Counted from the first letter of the stretch, positions 47,627-58,242 are shown. The stretch: 64,000 nucleotides of DNA from Christensenellaceae bacterium Phil1 (GCA_963595065.1 CAVBGJ010000007.1:26746-90745); one strand, 5' to 3'. Numbers and translations: made by a program. Notes: a model not told the origin generated them from the sequence alone.

Positions 47627-47711
47627 TGGTAGGAGCGGTGGGACTCGAACCCACAAGCCCGAAGGCGGCGGATTTTAAGTCCGCTGCGTATGCCAATTCC
47701 GCCACGCTCCC
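47627..47711 (-). tRNA. tRNA-Leu(TAA)
   Basis: GGGAGCG acceptor, anticodon arm GCGGA-CTTAAAA-TCCGC, long variable arm, GGTTCGAGTCC, encoded CCA. Confidence 0.97.
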
Positions 47712-47759
47712 GCACAACCCATTCAGGGCAGCGTAGTTATCATAGCAAAAAGCCAAGCG

Positions 47760-48704
47760 CTATTCGCAGGCTCCCAGTATGATGCCCTGAAGTATATCCG
47801 ACTCGCTAACCGTGAAGCTTTCGCAGCCCGCCGCGGCAACGACATCGAGCAATATCCCCATGCCCGCCACTATCACGCCGGCTCGCTTCGGCTCCAAGCC
47901 AACCACCTGCTTGCGCTCCTCCAGGGGAAACGCCCGAAGGCGGTCGTAGATGCCCTGCAGCGTGGAAACGGGAACCAGGGTGCCATGGACTTCGGCCGAA
48001 TCGTAGACAGCCATGTGCTTGTCCACCGATACCACGCTGGTGGCCGTGCCCGCCACCGCTACGATGCGATCGATAGCGATGCCCTGCTGTTCGGCCTGGG
48101 CGAAGAACGGCTCGAACTGCTGGCGAACCCATTGCCGCGCCTGATCGCATTCCTCGATGGTGGGTGGATCCGACACCAGGAAGCGCTCGGTAACGCGACG
48201 GCACCCGATGTTGAAGGAATGAGCCAGCTTGGGAGCTTGGCCGCCAACACCGAGCACGATCTCGGTAGAGCCGCCGCCGATATCGGCTACCAAAAGGTTC
48301 TCGCCCTCGAAGCCGCACGAGGCACCGCGGAAGGAAAGGGCCGCCTCGCGCGAGCCCTCGATAACCGAAAGCTCCACACCCAAGGCGCGCAGCTTCCCCA
48401 CCAGTACATCGGAGTTCTTCGCATCACGCGAAGCGCTGGTGGCCATGGCGATGATCGGGATATCGGGGAATTGCGGGGTACGGTAGGCTTCCACCACCTG
48501 CAGGTACTCGGCGATCTGCGCAACCACGCGCTCGATGGCGTCATCGCGGAGCACGCCCGTCTTGTCTACCCCGATGCCAAGATCAGTGATGGCGCAGCGG
48601 CGCTCGAGTTCGGTAAGCGCCCCGTCTTCCACCTGGGCCAAAAGCAAGCGGCACGTTACCGTGCCGATATCGAGCGCAGCGATGCGCGTTGGTTTAGCTG
48701 CCAT
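47760..48704 (-). CDS. ppx: Ppx/GppA phosphatase family
   Basis: AALDIGT, ATSASRDA, DIGGGSTE. Confidence 0.88.
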   Translation of the reverse strand: MAAKPTRIAALDIGTVTCRLLLAQVEDGALTELERRCAITDLGIGVDKTGVLRDDAIERVVAQIAEYLQVVEAYRTPQFPDIPIIAMATSASRDAKNSDVLVGKLRALGVELSVIEGSREAALSFRGASCGFEGENLLVADIGGGSTEIVLGVGGQAPKLAHSFNIGCRRVTERFLVSDPPTIEECDQARQWVRQQFEPFFAQAEQQGIAIDRIVAVAGTATSVVSVDKHMAVYDSAEVHGTLVPVSTLQGIYDRLRAFPLEERKQVVGLEPKRAGVIVAGMGILLDVVAAAGCESFTVSESDILQGIILGACE

Positions 48705-49776
48705 AGCCGAAAAGCACATCCAAGAAACCGGAATACCAAGTGTCGGGGGCCTTTATGCTTCCCGAGGTTATCGAATACAGCCGTTGGCCGGAATGCGTGC
48801 CATCCTCGGTGGAGGTAACGCCTTCCACCGTGACCACATGCTCGTCGGGGCGCACCCAACCCAGCTCGGAGCGGGCGTAATCCTCTATGCCCTCATCGGA
48901 GCTGAGGTAGTCGACCTGGGCCTGCACCTTGCTGTTGTAGTCCTGAAGCGCATCGTACTCAGCCTCGAGCTGTTGAAGCGAGCGCGTTTCGTTGTACAGG
49001 TTCTGACACGACGGGTACAGCATCACAACCGCAAGAACCGCCGCGGCGGCGCAGGCCACGCAACGCATTCCCCAAGCGGAAATGGAGCGGCTGAACGAAA
49101 ACGGCAGGCTTACGCCGCGACGCTTCGCGCCCTCTTCTTCGGCCATGCGCGCGCTCTTGCGATGGGTTGCCCCCATGCGCATGTCGTAGACCGCCGCCCG
49201 GCTGCCCGAAGCCTGCTCGCGCTGAGCGGCAGCGCGCTCCCGGGCGCCCACCGTACGGTCGAACTCGCGCTCGGCCTTGGCAGAGCGAAGCTTCTTGCGA
49301 ACGCTGGCGAACAGCCCTTCCTGCTCGTTGGAGCCGCGACGCGAACCCTGCTCGTGGGAACGAGCTGGATCATGGCGATAGGAACCCTGGCCTTCGCGGG
49401 AACGGCGGCTGCGCTCGGTGGGAAAAGGCTCCTCGTACTCGAAGCGGCCCCGCCGCGAAGAGCGGGCATGGCGATCGACCTGGCGGGCATCGCGCATCGA
49501 AGCTGCATTGGCGCTCCGACCAGTGCGGCTCTGAACCGTTCGCGGGCTTGAGGGACGGCCGTCACGAGAAGACGGATGGCGCTCGGGGCGATAGGACGGA
49601 TAGCCTCCCTGAGCGGCAGGGCGAGGACGGCGGAAACCGCGGTCTTCTTCGCCAAGCGCGGCAGAGTACCGATCGTACGAGCGGCGTGAGGCGGATGACG
49701 GGGAAACGGTACGCGGAGACGAGGCCTCGCGGGCCTTGACCTCATCGAACGAGAGAATGTTCGCCTGACGCGTCAC
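48694..49776 (-). CDS. Septum formation initiator (FtsB/DivIC) family with long basic N-terminus
   Basis: TM helix, coiled coil, IEDYARSELGWVRPDE. Confidence 0.8.
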   Translation of the reverse strand: MTRQANILSFDEVKAREASSPRTVSPSSASRRSYDRYSAALGEEDRGFRRPRPAAQGGYPSYRPERHPSSRDGRPSSPRTVQSRTGRSANAASMRDARQVDRHARSSRRGRFEYEEPFPTERSRRSREGQGSYRHDPARSHEQGSRRGSNEQEGLFASVRKKLRSAKAEREFDRTVGARERAAAQREQASGSRAAVYDMRMGATHRKSARMAEEEGAKRRGVSLPFSFSRSISAWGMRCVACAAAAVLAVVMLYPSCQNLYNETRSLQQLEAEYDALQDYNSKVQAQVDYLSSDEGIEDYARSELGWVRPDEHVVTVEGVTSTEDGTHSGQRLYSITSGSIKAPDTWYSGFLDVLFGYGS

Positions 49777-49999
49777 TGAAAGATGATCCCCTTGAGCATA
49801 GTGGTTTGATTAAGTGGTACGAGTAATGCTTTGAGTTCAAACACTATACCACAGCAACCCCCGCTCGATGGTTTGTTGAGGAAAAGAAACAAGGCTGCGA
49901 AATGCAACCTTGTTTCGATTAGGGCTCTTAATAAAACCCCAGTTCATATTGAGTTTTGCAACCATGCGCCCCGCGGGGCGGAACAAAAGGCGCTAGCGC

Positions 50000-50797
50000 C
50001 TACTCCTCTTCCAGGGCAGCAGCGATCTCGTCGGTGATATCCATGGTGTGGTAAACGCTCTGAAGATCCTCGAGCTCTTCCAGACGGTCGACCAGGCGCA
50101 TGACCTTCTTGGCATCGGAAGCGGTTACCTCGGTGGGGGTGGTGGGCTCCATGATGAACTCAGCGCCCTTGGTCTCGATGCCCTGTTCCTCCAGGCCCTT
50201 CTTCACGGCGATAAGGTCGGTGGGAGCGGTGTAGACGATCCACTCGTCGCCGCCGTCCTCGTAATCGGAGCCGCCGGCTTCGGCAACAGCCATCATGAAC
50301 TCGTCCTCATCGACGGCGTTTTCCTTGTCGGCAACCTTCTTCTGCTCGGACTTGATTACCTTCTCTACCAGGATCTGACCCTTCTTCTCGAACTGGAAGG
50401 CAACGGAACCGGAGGTGCCCAGGTTGCCGCCATGATGGTTGAAGGCAGCGCGAACGTCGGCAGCGGTGCGGTTGCGGTTATCGGTAAGGGCCTCGCAGTA
50501 GATGGCAACGCCGCAGGGGCCGTAGCCTTCGTACACGACGGTTTCGTAGTTGGCGGCATCCTTGCCGGAACCGAAGGCCTTGTCGATAGCGGTCTTGATC
50601 TTGTCCTTCGGCAGGGAGTAGCTCTTCGCCTTATCGATGGCGGCTGCCAGGGAAGCGTTGTTCTCAGGGTTGGGGTCGCCGCCTTCCTTAGCAGCAACGG
50701 TGATGTTGCGGGAAAGCTTGGAGAACAGCGCGGAGCGCTTTGCGTCCTGAGCTGCCTTGCGATGCTTGGTGGTTGCCCATTTTGAATGCCCTGACAT
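50000..50797 (-). CDS. yebC: YebC/PmpR family protein
   Basis: MSGHSKW, YEGYGP, TDNRNRT. Confidence 0.95.
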   Translation of the reverse strand: MSGHSKWATTKHRKAAQDAKRSALFSKLSRNITVAAKEGGDPNPENNASLAAAIDKAKSYSLPKDKIKTAIDKAFGSGKDAANYETVVYEGYGPCGVAIYCEALTDNRNRTAADVRAAFNHHGGNLGTSGSVAFQFEKKGQILVEKVIKSEQKKVADKENAVDEDEFMMAVAEAGGSDYEDGGDEWIVYTAPTDLIAVKKGLEEQGIETKGAEFIMEPTTPTEVTASDAKKVMRLVDRLEELEDLQSVYHTMDITDEIAAALEEE

Positions 50798-50910
50798 ATA
50801 GTTACCTTTCCGATGGTTGTATTCCGACCCGTTATTCTAACACATGCGGTATGCGCAGCCGTCGACACCCGCAATACCAGCCCATTCGCCCTTTGGCGGC
50901 AGGAGGAACG

Positions 50911-51783
50911 ATGGCGCAAATCAAGCTTCAGGACCTAACCGATGCACGCCTGCGCGTGTTCTGCGCCATGACCGATGCAGAGCTTCGCGACCCCAAGCAG
51001 TTGGTGGGCCTGCGATTGGCCACCGATGCGCCTATTTCCGACGAAGGGCTGTTCATCGCCGAGAGCAAGAACGTCATCGAGCGCGCAATGGCTGCGGGCC
51101 TTGCCCCCTTCGCGCTTCTTACCGAAGAGCGCTGGGCGCAGCCGAGCGCGGAGCTGTTCGAGCGGATAGAGACCGCAGCGCCCGATGCTCCCCTGTTCAT
51201 CGGATCGCGCGAGCAGGTGCGCGAGCTTACCGGCTACGAGCGCACCCGCGGGCCCCTGGCGGCGTTCCATCGCCCGCAGCTGCCTTCCGTGCACGAACTG
51301 CTGGCAGGCGCAACGCGCATCGCCGTGCTGGAGGACATAACCAACTTCACCAACATCGGCGCCATCTTCCGAAGCGCCGCCGCCTTGGGGATGGACGCGA
51401 TCTTAGTAACGCCCGGCTGCCACGACCCGCTGTACCGCCGCGCAAGTCGCGTTTCCATGGGCACGGTGTTCCAGGTTCCCTGGACGCGCATCGGCAGCGA
51501 CCGCGACTGGGGAACGGAAGGCGTGCCGCTGCTGCATTCGCTGGGATTCACCGTGGCCGCCCTGGCGCTGGAGGAAGATTCCGTGGCGCTGCAAGACCCC
51601 TGCATCTCGGGGGCGGAAAAGCTCGCATTGGTGTTGGGCACGGAGGGCGATGGCCTTGCGCACAGCACCATCGCCGCCTGCGACCATACCGTCATGATCC
51701 CCATGGCGCACGGAGTGGATTCCCTGAACGTGGCCGCCGCAAGCGCCGTGGCCTTCTGGCACGTTAGCGGGCAATTCCTGTAG
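50911..51783 (+). CDS. TrmH/SpoU family RNA methyltransferase
   Basis: NIGAIFRSA, GTEGDGL, DSLNVAAA; RBS AGGAGG. Confidence 0.92.
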   Translation: MAQIKLQDLTDARLRVFCAMTDAELRDPKQLVGLRLATDAPISDEGLFIAESKNVIERAMAAGLAPFALLTEERWAQPSAELFERIETAAPDAPLFIGSREQVRELTGYERTRGPLAAFHRPQLPSVHELLAGATRIAVLEDITNFTNIGAIFRSAAALGMDAILVTPGCHDPLYRRASRVSMGTVFQVPWTRIGSDRDWGTEGVPLLHSLGFTVAALALEEDSVALQDPCISGAEKLALVLGTEGDGLAHSTIAACDHTVMIPMAHGVDSLNVAAASAVAFWHVSGQFL

Positions 51784-51960
51784 GCCCGTCCGGCGAAAGC
51801 GGGTTCGGCTTGGCCAAGTGCCGAGGCCAGATGCCCTGAGCCCAGGCAATTCCCGGCACCCAACCGGCAAACCCTGGAAGCGCCGAACGATAGAATAAAC
51901 CCCAGAGGCAAATAAGCCGCACCCAAGCGCAAACCTGCCCGCACGCAGAAAGGAAGCCCC

Positions 51961-52509
51961 ATGAAGCTCATAATCGCGTCCGACATACACGGAGCTGCCG
52001 ACTGGTGCCGAAAGCTGGTTGATGCCATAGGCGAAGAACGGCCCGACCGCATAGTGCTTCTGGGCGACCTGCTGTATCACGGCCCGCGGAACAACCTGCC
52101 GGCAGACTACGACCCGAAGCACGTCATCGCAATGCTGAACGGCATGGCGGATAAGATCATCGCGGTGCGCGGCAACTGCGATGCGGAAGTGGACCAGATG
52201 GTGCTCGACTTCCCCTGCATGGCCAGCCACAACATCCTTATCGACCCGGATGCAAGCGGCAAAACGCTGTTCTTCACGCATGGGCACATCTACGGCCCAG
52301 GCCTGCACAACAGCGTGGACGTGTGGCCCACCCTGGCACCGAACTCCGCCCTGGTATACGGCCACACCCACCAGAAGGTGCTGCAGGAAGTCGAAGGGCA
52401 TCCGGACGTTACCGCGTTCAACCCCGGCTCGCTGGGGTTGCCCAAAGACGGATCGCACAGCTTCGGCATCTACGAAAACGGCACCTTCAGGCACGTCGAG
52501 CTAGATTAA
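51961..52509 (+). CDS. YfcE-family metallophosphodiesterase
   Basis: SDIHG, GDLLYHGPRN, RGNCD, GHTH, NPGS. Confidence 0.92.
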   Translation: MKLIIASDIHGAADWCRKLVDAIGEERPDRIVLLGDLLYHGPRNNLPADYDPKHVIAMLNGMADKIIAVRGNCDAEVDQMVLDFPCMASHNILIDPDASGKTLFFTHGHIYGPGLHNSVDVWPTLAPNSALVYGHTHQKVLQEVEGHPDVTAFNPGSLGLPKDGSHSFGIYENGTFRHVELD

Positions 52510-52511
52510 AA

Positions 52512-52545
52512 AAGAACCCGATAGGAATCGCCCTATCGGGTTCTT
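52512..52545. terminator. Hairpin terminator between convergent genes
   Basis: AAGAACCCGATAGG/CCTATCGGGTTCTT with an upstream A tract. Confidence 0.8.
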
Positions 52546-52636
52546 GAATTCATGGGGCTCCGCAAAACGCGCCATGCCGAACACTTCGCGAGGCAACCTC
52601 GCACCAACCTCGAAGCCCGCCAGGCTAGGCTTTAAC

Positions 52637-53797
52637 CTACTGGGCCACAGCGGTCAAACGCTGATTAACGCGGCTTTGCACTTCGATGTAATACGCATCG
52701 TCTGCCGCGGTAAGCGAGCTTTCGTCGATGGCATCGAAGTCTTTCTCCAAATCCGCCAGTTTCTTGACATAGTTTGCGTAATCAGCAGCCATGGAGGCCG
52801 GACGGCCACCGTTGATGTACTTCTCCATGAAGTCGCAGTAGCTGTTCATGCCCGCTTCGTAATCGTCCATGGTCTTCTTGAACGAAACGGTTACGCCGTT
52901 CGCATCGGTCGAAGATGAGCTCGAGGAACTGGAGGCATTGCTCGTAGCAGTGCTGCCGGAGGTGTTGGTCGAGCTGCCGGAAGAAGCGCTGGAAGAAGAA
53001 TCGGAGCCCTCCTTGGCGGCATCGATCGCAACCTCCATCTGGTTGTTGCCTTCGTACTTCACGCTCACTTTGTTACCGCTGGCGTCCTTAGCGCTGAACG
53101 ACTTGTCCTGCTTGCTGAAGTCGACGTCGAACCCTGCGGCGGAAACCTCGTTGACGTATGCCTCGAAAGCAGCCTTGTCGGTGTTGGCCAAGGTGACGCA
53201 GAAGCGCGTGGACGTGTTGGAGCTCACCGCGCCCTTGTCGGATACCGGCTTGGGAAGCAATGCGCCCGGGCCGGAAGTGGGCCACGAAACGGTATCGGCC
53301 TTCAAGGGAGCGTCGAGGCTGATGCTCATGTCTCCAGAGCTCCCATAATAGATCAGGTTCACATAGTAGCCCTCGGAGTTGTAGGCCTTGTAGCTGGAAG
53401 TATCCGACTCGGCATCTACCGTGAAACCCTTTTCCTTGCAGGAATCAACATACTTGCTGTACGCCTCCTGCTTGAAGTCGTCCACTTCTGCCGAAAGCTT
53501 GGTATCGGAGTTCACGCTAACGGATATCTTGGAGCTGTCGGGCTTGGGCAGCTGGGTAGCCAAACCGCTTGTGGGCCAGCTCACATAGTCCTTCGAACTG
53601 CACGATGCGCAGCGGGAAATGCCGAACAGCACCAAAAGCACTGCCACCACGATGATGATCACCTTGCGCTTGGTCTTCTTGCCCTTCGAAGGACCGGGCA
53701 TGTTCGGCGCGCCCTGAGGCGAGTTCTGCTGAGGCGTGATGGGTACGGTGCTGTCGGCGGGATGCCCGCTCGGTTTGCCTGCTTCTTCCCACTCCAT
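52637..53797 (-). CDS. Membrane-anchored protein with two WPTSG repeats (DUF6591-like C-terminus)
   Basis: TM helix, two 'VSWPTSG...LPKP' repeats, Ser linker, 'FKKTMDDYE..YCDFMEKY'. Confidence 0.7.
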   Translation of the reverse strand: MEWEEAGKPSGHPADSTVPITPQQNSPQGAPNMPGPSKGKKTKRKVIIIVVAVLLVLFGISRCASCSSKDYVSWPTSGLATQLPKPDSSKISVSVNSDTKLSAEVDDFKQEAYSKYVDSCKEKGFTVDAESDTSSYKAYNSEGYYVNLIYYGSSGDMSISLDAPLKADTVSWPTSGPGALLPKPVSDKGAVSSNTSTRFCVTLANTDKAAFEAYVNEVSAAGFDVDFSKQDKSFSAKDASGNKVSVKYEGNNQMEVAIDAAKEGSDSSSSASSGSSTNTSGSTATSNASSSSSSSSTDANGVTVSFKKTMDDYEAGMNSYCDFMEKYINGGRPASMAADYANYVKKLADLEKDFDAIDESSLTAADDAYYIEVQSRVNQRLTAVAQ

Positions 53798-53864
53798 TTG
53801 TTTCTCCTGTTCATCGGGGTAAAACTGTATGCAGACGACTTTAGGCACTCCAAGGGCGCATTTC

Positions 53865-53881
53865 CTCAGCTGGCAACTGAG
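53865..53881. promoter_or_regulatory. Palindrome CTCAGCTG-G-CAACTGAG in divergent intergenic region
   Basis: Its core is one mismatch from the palindrome at 57718-57734. Confidence 0.6.
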
Positions 53882-53937
53882 GAAATGGAGGAGCCGGATG
53901 CGTACCATTTTCGAAACGCCTGTTCAAGGAGCATGAA

Positions 53938-54534
53938 ATGGACAATTACAACTTAGAACCTGGCGAAATAGTGCTTGCTCAGGCCTCTCCGGCACAACTG
54001 GGGGTCGATCAAAACGGCGAGCCCCTCAAAGAGGTGGTGCTCACAAGCAAGAACCTCATCTTGGTAAACGAGGTAAGTTCGGGGCTGTTCTCGAGCAAGA
54101 CCTACGTGAAACGCTGCCCTCTTGCTTCGCTGCTTGATTCCCTAGGCACACCGCAGGTTATGGCCACCAAGCTACGCGAGGATTACTTCCTGCAAGCCGT
54201 TTTCGGAAACGAAACCATCTCGCTTTACTTCCCCGCTGCTCCTAAGCGCTATTCACAGAAATGGGCAACCGATCTGGCGAATGCAGCGTTGGGCGACCTT
54301 TCAGCCATCAACTCCGAACAACCAGAGGCATCCGAGATAGCCGACATGGTGGACGAGATGAAGGAGGCGTTCGGCGGCATATTCGGCAAGAAGCCGGCAC
54401 CTTCGCATGTTGCCACCAGGGCGGTGGGCAACCCCCAGGTAACCATCAAATGCAGAGGTTGCCACGCACCCCTTTCCGGACGCAAGACCCAAACCGTAAC
54501 GTGCGCGTACTGCGACACGAAGCAAACCCTCTAG
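53938..54534 (+). CDS. Hypothetical protein with C-terminal zinc ribbon
   Basis: CRGC..CAYC at the C-terminus. Confidence 0.75.
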   Translation: MDNYNLEPGEIVLAQASPAQLGVDQNGEPLKEVVLTSKNLILVNEVSSGLFSSKTYVKRCPLASLLDSLGTPQVMATKLREDYFLQAVFGNETISLYFPAAPKRYSQKWATDLANAALGDLSAINSEQPEASEIADMVDEMKEAFGGIFGKKPAPSHVATRAVGNPQVTIKCRGCHAPLSGRKTQTVTCAYCDTKQTL

Positions 54535-54569
54535 CAAACAACGTGCATAGCGCACTATAGGAGCATGAA

Positions 54570-55820
54570 ATGGGCATCGTAGACTCGCTGTTCGATTCCG
54601 TCGGCGGAACCCTACAGGATCAGTGGAAAGACATAGTAACCGCCGGCCCGTTCGACGAGCATACCTGGGTGGCTCCTGGCATCCGCAAGCGCAGCCAGAG
54701 CCAACGCGGCATGAACATGGGCGCAGAGGACATCCTTTCCAACGGGTCGCAGATCTTCGTGCCAGAGAACACCGCGGCGTTCATCTTCAGCCAGTCGGGC
54801 ATCGAGCAGATGATCACCGATCCGGGCAGCTACGAGTACCACGATGGCCAGGCAAGCGTGTTCGATGCGCAAAGCCGCGCCGAAACAGGGATTGTGCACA
54901 GCATCGTCGGGCAAGCGGTTGAGCGCTTCGGGTTCTCGGGGATGTCGCCCGACGAAAAACGCGTGGCATTCGTTAACCTGCGCGAGATCCGCGGCATCAA
55001 GTTCGGCACCCGTGGACCGCTGGTGTACCACGACCTGTTCTACAAAACCGACTTGGAGATCTACTCGTACGGAGCTATCAGCATCAGGGTCGTCGATCCG
55101 GTGAAGTTCGTGCAGAACTTCCTGCCGGCAAACAATTGGAATTACAGCGCCGACGACCCCAATGCGCGCCGCCAGCTTACCTCCGAGTTCCTGCATTCGT
55201 TTATCGCAGCAGTGAATGCCCTCTCCGAAAAGCACCGCATTTCCAGCCTTCCTGCGCATACCAACGACATCGCTGCCGCCGTTGCCGCAGACGGCACCAA
55301 TGCCGGCAGCTGGGAAGAGCGCTTTGGCTTGAAACTCGTGAGCATCGCCATCGAGAACATCGAGTTTTCCGACGATTCACGCCAGCTGGTGCGTCAGTAT
55401 TCCGAGAAGCGCATGAACGTCGCTGCCTACGAAGAGGTCTCCGAGCATGCAGCCAACGTTGCAGCCCAACAGCTCATCGCAGAGGGCGTGCGCGAAAACG
55501 GCCTAGGCGAAGGAGGAGGCATGCTGTTCGGCATGGGCTTGGCTACAGGGCTGAATCCCATGAACGCAAGCTTGCACACAACCGGTATGGGGGGCCATGC
55601 AGCACCGGAGGCTACCGCAGCCACTGCAGCACCGGTAGCCCCAGAAGCGGCCAGCACAGCAAACGCGAAAACGCCCAACGGCGAAAGCGCCGGCAACAAG
55701 CACGCATCCTCACTCGATGAGCAGATCGAGACACTGAAGAAACTGAAAGAACTGGTCGATGCGGGCGTGCTCACCCAAGAAGAGTTCGATGCCAAGAAGA
55801 AGGACATCCTTGGTCTGTAA
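54570..55820 (+). CDS. SPFH/band-7-like (YdjI-type) protein with C-terminal SHOCT
   Basis: DQWKD, NGSQIFVPENTAA, EIRGIKFGT; LKKLKELVDAGVLTQEEFDAKKKDILGL. Confidence 0.85.
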   Translation: MGIVDSLFDSVGGTLQDQWKDIVTAGPFDEHTWVAPGIRKRSQSQRGMNMGAEDILSNGSQIFVPENTAAFIFSQSGIEQMITDPGSYEYHDGQASVFDAQSRAETGIVHSIVGQAVERFGFSGMSPDEKRVAFVNLREIRGIKFGTRGPLVYHDLFYKTDLEIYSYGAISIRVVDPVKFVQNFLPANNWNYSADDPNARRQLTSEFLHSFIAAVNALSEKHRISSLPAHTNDIAAAVAADGTNAGSWEERFGLKLVSIAIENIEFSDDSRQLVRQYSEKRMNVAAYEEVSEHAANVAAQQLIAEGVRENGLGEGGGMLFGMGLATGLNPMNASLHTTGMGGHAAPEATAATAAPVAPEAASTANAKTPNGESAGNKHASSLDEQIETLKKLKELVDAGVLTQEEFDAKKKDILGL

Positions 55821-55926
55821 CGTCAATAAGGCCGTGAGCAGCTAAGGAAGGGCAAGCACCCGTTGGGGCAGCTATCCTGGTCGCATCATACAGACAAGCT
55901 GAATCGGACAGGCACCCGCGGCAGGG

Positions 55927-57597
55927 CTACCAGCAGATCCCGCTTATCTCATAGGTATCGTACGCAAGGCCGCTGGGAACCTGGATCTGGAAAGAGGTCT
56001 CGGCGCCAAGGGCGGGCATGCTCACGAATTCCAGGGAGCCACCCACGATTTCGCCGGCGCTGTTCCTTAAGACGGCCGAAAGACGCACCTGGTTCGACCC
56101 CAATCCCCCCACTTCTTCCGATTCGGTTTTCACCTTGCCAAGCAGCACATCGTTGCCGAACGATGTAGTTGAACGACTTAACCCGGAAACCGAGAAAGTG
56201 GCCACTTGCTCATTGGGATTCAAGTTGCTGCGCTGTGGCGCAACGGCTTCAAACGTTACCCGATCAGGCGCGATCCCATTGCCCGCTTGACCGCCGAAGG
56301 ATATGGTCTGCCCGGCGCCGATCTTCCACAAGACCTCCGATTGCGAGAAAAGAATGCTGCCGTCTTTCGCGTAACCGGTGACTTTCACTTCAGGGAAATC
56401 GATGGTGCTGCTTTCGTTGTTGCGCAGCTGAACGCCATATGACACATAGCTCGAACTCGAAGCGCTCCAGCCGGAATCGAGGATCTCCAGGGCGCCTTCC
56501 AAAGAGTCTGTTGAGGCTGTGTCCGATGTCGAGCTCGCGGTCTGCGAGGGCGAGGCGCTTGGTTCTTGACTGGTTGATTGCGGCTGTTGGGTCTGCACGT
56601 TCGCAAGCAAGGCAGCAACAAGGGCAACGACGACAACGGCTGCGCCACATGCCAACAGGATCTTACGCTTTGAAGCGAAGCCTAACCCGGCCGAAGCGCT
56701 TTTGGAGCCAGCCGAGGTTTCCGCGAAATCGCCGTTGGCAGACACGGGCGCATCGGACCCTAGCGAGGGGGCGGCATTGCCAGCCAAGGCGGCCGATCCC
56801 CCATCACCTACAGCAGGGATGCCGGCGCCATCGCCTTTCCCCACCACCGCTTGCAACGCGGAAGAAAGCTCTTCAGCGCTTTGATAGCGACTACTGGGCT
56901 CGAAGGCACAAGCCTTCCGAATAACCGCAAGCACCGACTGCGGCACAACTGCCGCATCGGCAAGAGATGCCTCGAACGCCTCGTCGTCGGGACGGATTCC
57001 AGTCATGGCAAAGCCCAGCACGCGACCGAGCGAATACACGTCGGAACGGGCATCGGTCTGGGCAAACCCGAACTGCTCGGGCGAGGCGAACCCCCACGTT
57101 CCCAACGAAGCCGTATCACGCGTTACGCCTTCCACGCGCAGGCGCGCTATACCCAAATCGATGAGGTGCGCGCCATCGGCAGAAAGAATGATGTTGGCGG
57201 GCGTGATGTCCCGATGGATAACCGAATGCCGATGCAAGTCGGCAACCGCTTCGCACAAGTCGCAGATGGCTTCGACCGCTTCCGCATAACCCATTGGGCC
57301 TTGCTGCTGGACATGCTTTTCCAGCGATTCGCCGGGAATGAAATCGTACACCACCACGAATTCTTCGGGCAGTTCGTAGGTTGCAGCAACTTGGGGCAAA
57401 CGCTTGCAAGAGCATTCAGCAAGCGTCGACCAAACACGGCGGCGGGCGATATCGGTGGGAACCTTCTTGCGGATGAATGGGCCAGCGCCCTCTATGGTAA
57501 CCAGCTCGGTCACACCGCACACACCCTGCGCTAAAACGCGCTCCACCTTATAGGTGTCATCGATATGCATGGCAAGCATAACCTGGTTATCGTTCAA
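55927..57597 (-). CDS. Hanks-type Ser/Thr kinase with TM helix and extracellular domain
   Basis: HRDITPANI, DLG, GTWGFASPE, SDVYSLG; TTG start after AGGAG. Confidence 0.9.
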   Translation of the reverse strand: MNDNQVMLAMHIDDTYKVERVLAQGVCGVTELVTIEGAGPFIRKKVPTDIARRRVWSTLAECSCKRLPQVAATYELPEEFVVVYDFIPGESLEKHVQQQGPMGYAEAVEAICDLCEAVADLHRHSVIHRDITPANIILSADGAHLIDLGIARLRVEGVTRDTASLGTWGFASPEQFGFAQTDARSDVYSLGRVLGFAMTGIRPDDEAFEASLADAAVVPQSVLAVIRKACAFEPSSRYQSAEELSSALQAVVGKGDGAGIPAVGDGGSAALAGNAAPSLGSDAPVSANGDFAETSAGSKSASAGLGFASKRKILLACGAAVVVVALVAALLANVQTQQPQSTSQEPSASPSQTASSTSDTASTDSLEGALEILDSGWSASSSSYVSYGVQLRNNESSTIDFPEVKVTGYAKDGSILFSQSEVLWKIGAGQTISFGGQAGNGIAPDRVTFEAVAPQRSNLNPNEQVATFSVSGLSRSTTSFGNDVLLGKVKTESEEVGGLGSNQVRLSAVLRNSAGEIVGGSLEFVSMPALGAETSFQIQVPSGLAYDTYEISGICW

Positions 57598-57717
57598 AAC
57601 AGCTCCTGCAACATGGACCGCACGAAGGCCCTCACATGAGAAAAGGGAGCCTGCAAACCTGCAGTACAAACAAATTGAATGTGGGGGCTATTGTAACCCC
57701 CGTCAGTTAGACGATTC

Positions 57718-57753
57718 TTCAGTTGCCAACTGAATTTTCGGTTGCCAACTGAA
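57718..57753. promoter_or_regulatory. Tandem palindromes TTC(A/G)GTTG-C-CAACTGAA
   Basis: Perfect 8-1-8 palindrome at 57718-57734 and a one-mismatch copy at 57737-57753. Confidence 0.7.
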
Positions 57754-57756
57754 TTA

Positions 57757-58242
57757 TCAATGCAGCTTTCCCGTTCCCAAAAGGGTTTTCTCGCCCAAAC
57801 GATACAGCTCATCGTCGGCCTCCGCGCGAGTCAGGCCATTCTCGATGCACCAGATAAGGATGGCATCGCGGCGGATCTTGCAATACAGCTCCGAAACGCC
57901 CGCCTGACGCAGCAGACGCTGGGTTTCACGAAGGTTGCAGCCAAGCCCGAACGCAAGCATCACCGCATGATCGTGGCCGGGCTTGCTCTTGCCGGCGAAG
58001 ATGTCGTACACCACCGTTGCGTTGATGCCGGATGCGCGCACCACTTCGGCACGTTTCAAGCCATGTGCGGCAAGAAGTTCATGCAGATACGCTGCCAAGG
58101 AGCGATCGGTCGGATCGCTTTCCTGCAGGTAGTCTTGCACGTTCGAGCTTTTAAGAAGGCGCTCCAGCAGCTCTTCGGTAAGGACGGGAACAGGGCTGGA
58201 TTCCTGTGCGGTTACCTGCTTCGTTTCTTCGGGCTGAGTCAT
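57757..58242 (-). CDS. XRE-like helix-turn-helix protein
   Basis: LKRAEVVRASGINATVVYDIFAGKSKP. Confidence 0.75.
   Translation of the reverse strand: MTQPEETKQVTAQESSPVPVLTEELLERLLKSSNVQDYLQESDPTDRSLAAYLHELLAAHGLKRAEVVRASGINATVVYDIFAGKSKPGHDHAVMLAFGLGCNLRETQRLLRQAGVSELYCKIRRDAILIWCIENGLTRAEADDELYRLGEKTLLGTGKLH

Noticed and set aside
47627..47711. tRNA-Leu as an integration site
   Set aside because: No duplicated tRNA 3' end or integrase noticed; the flanks are housekeeping genes.
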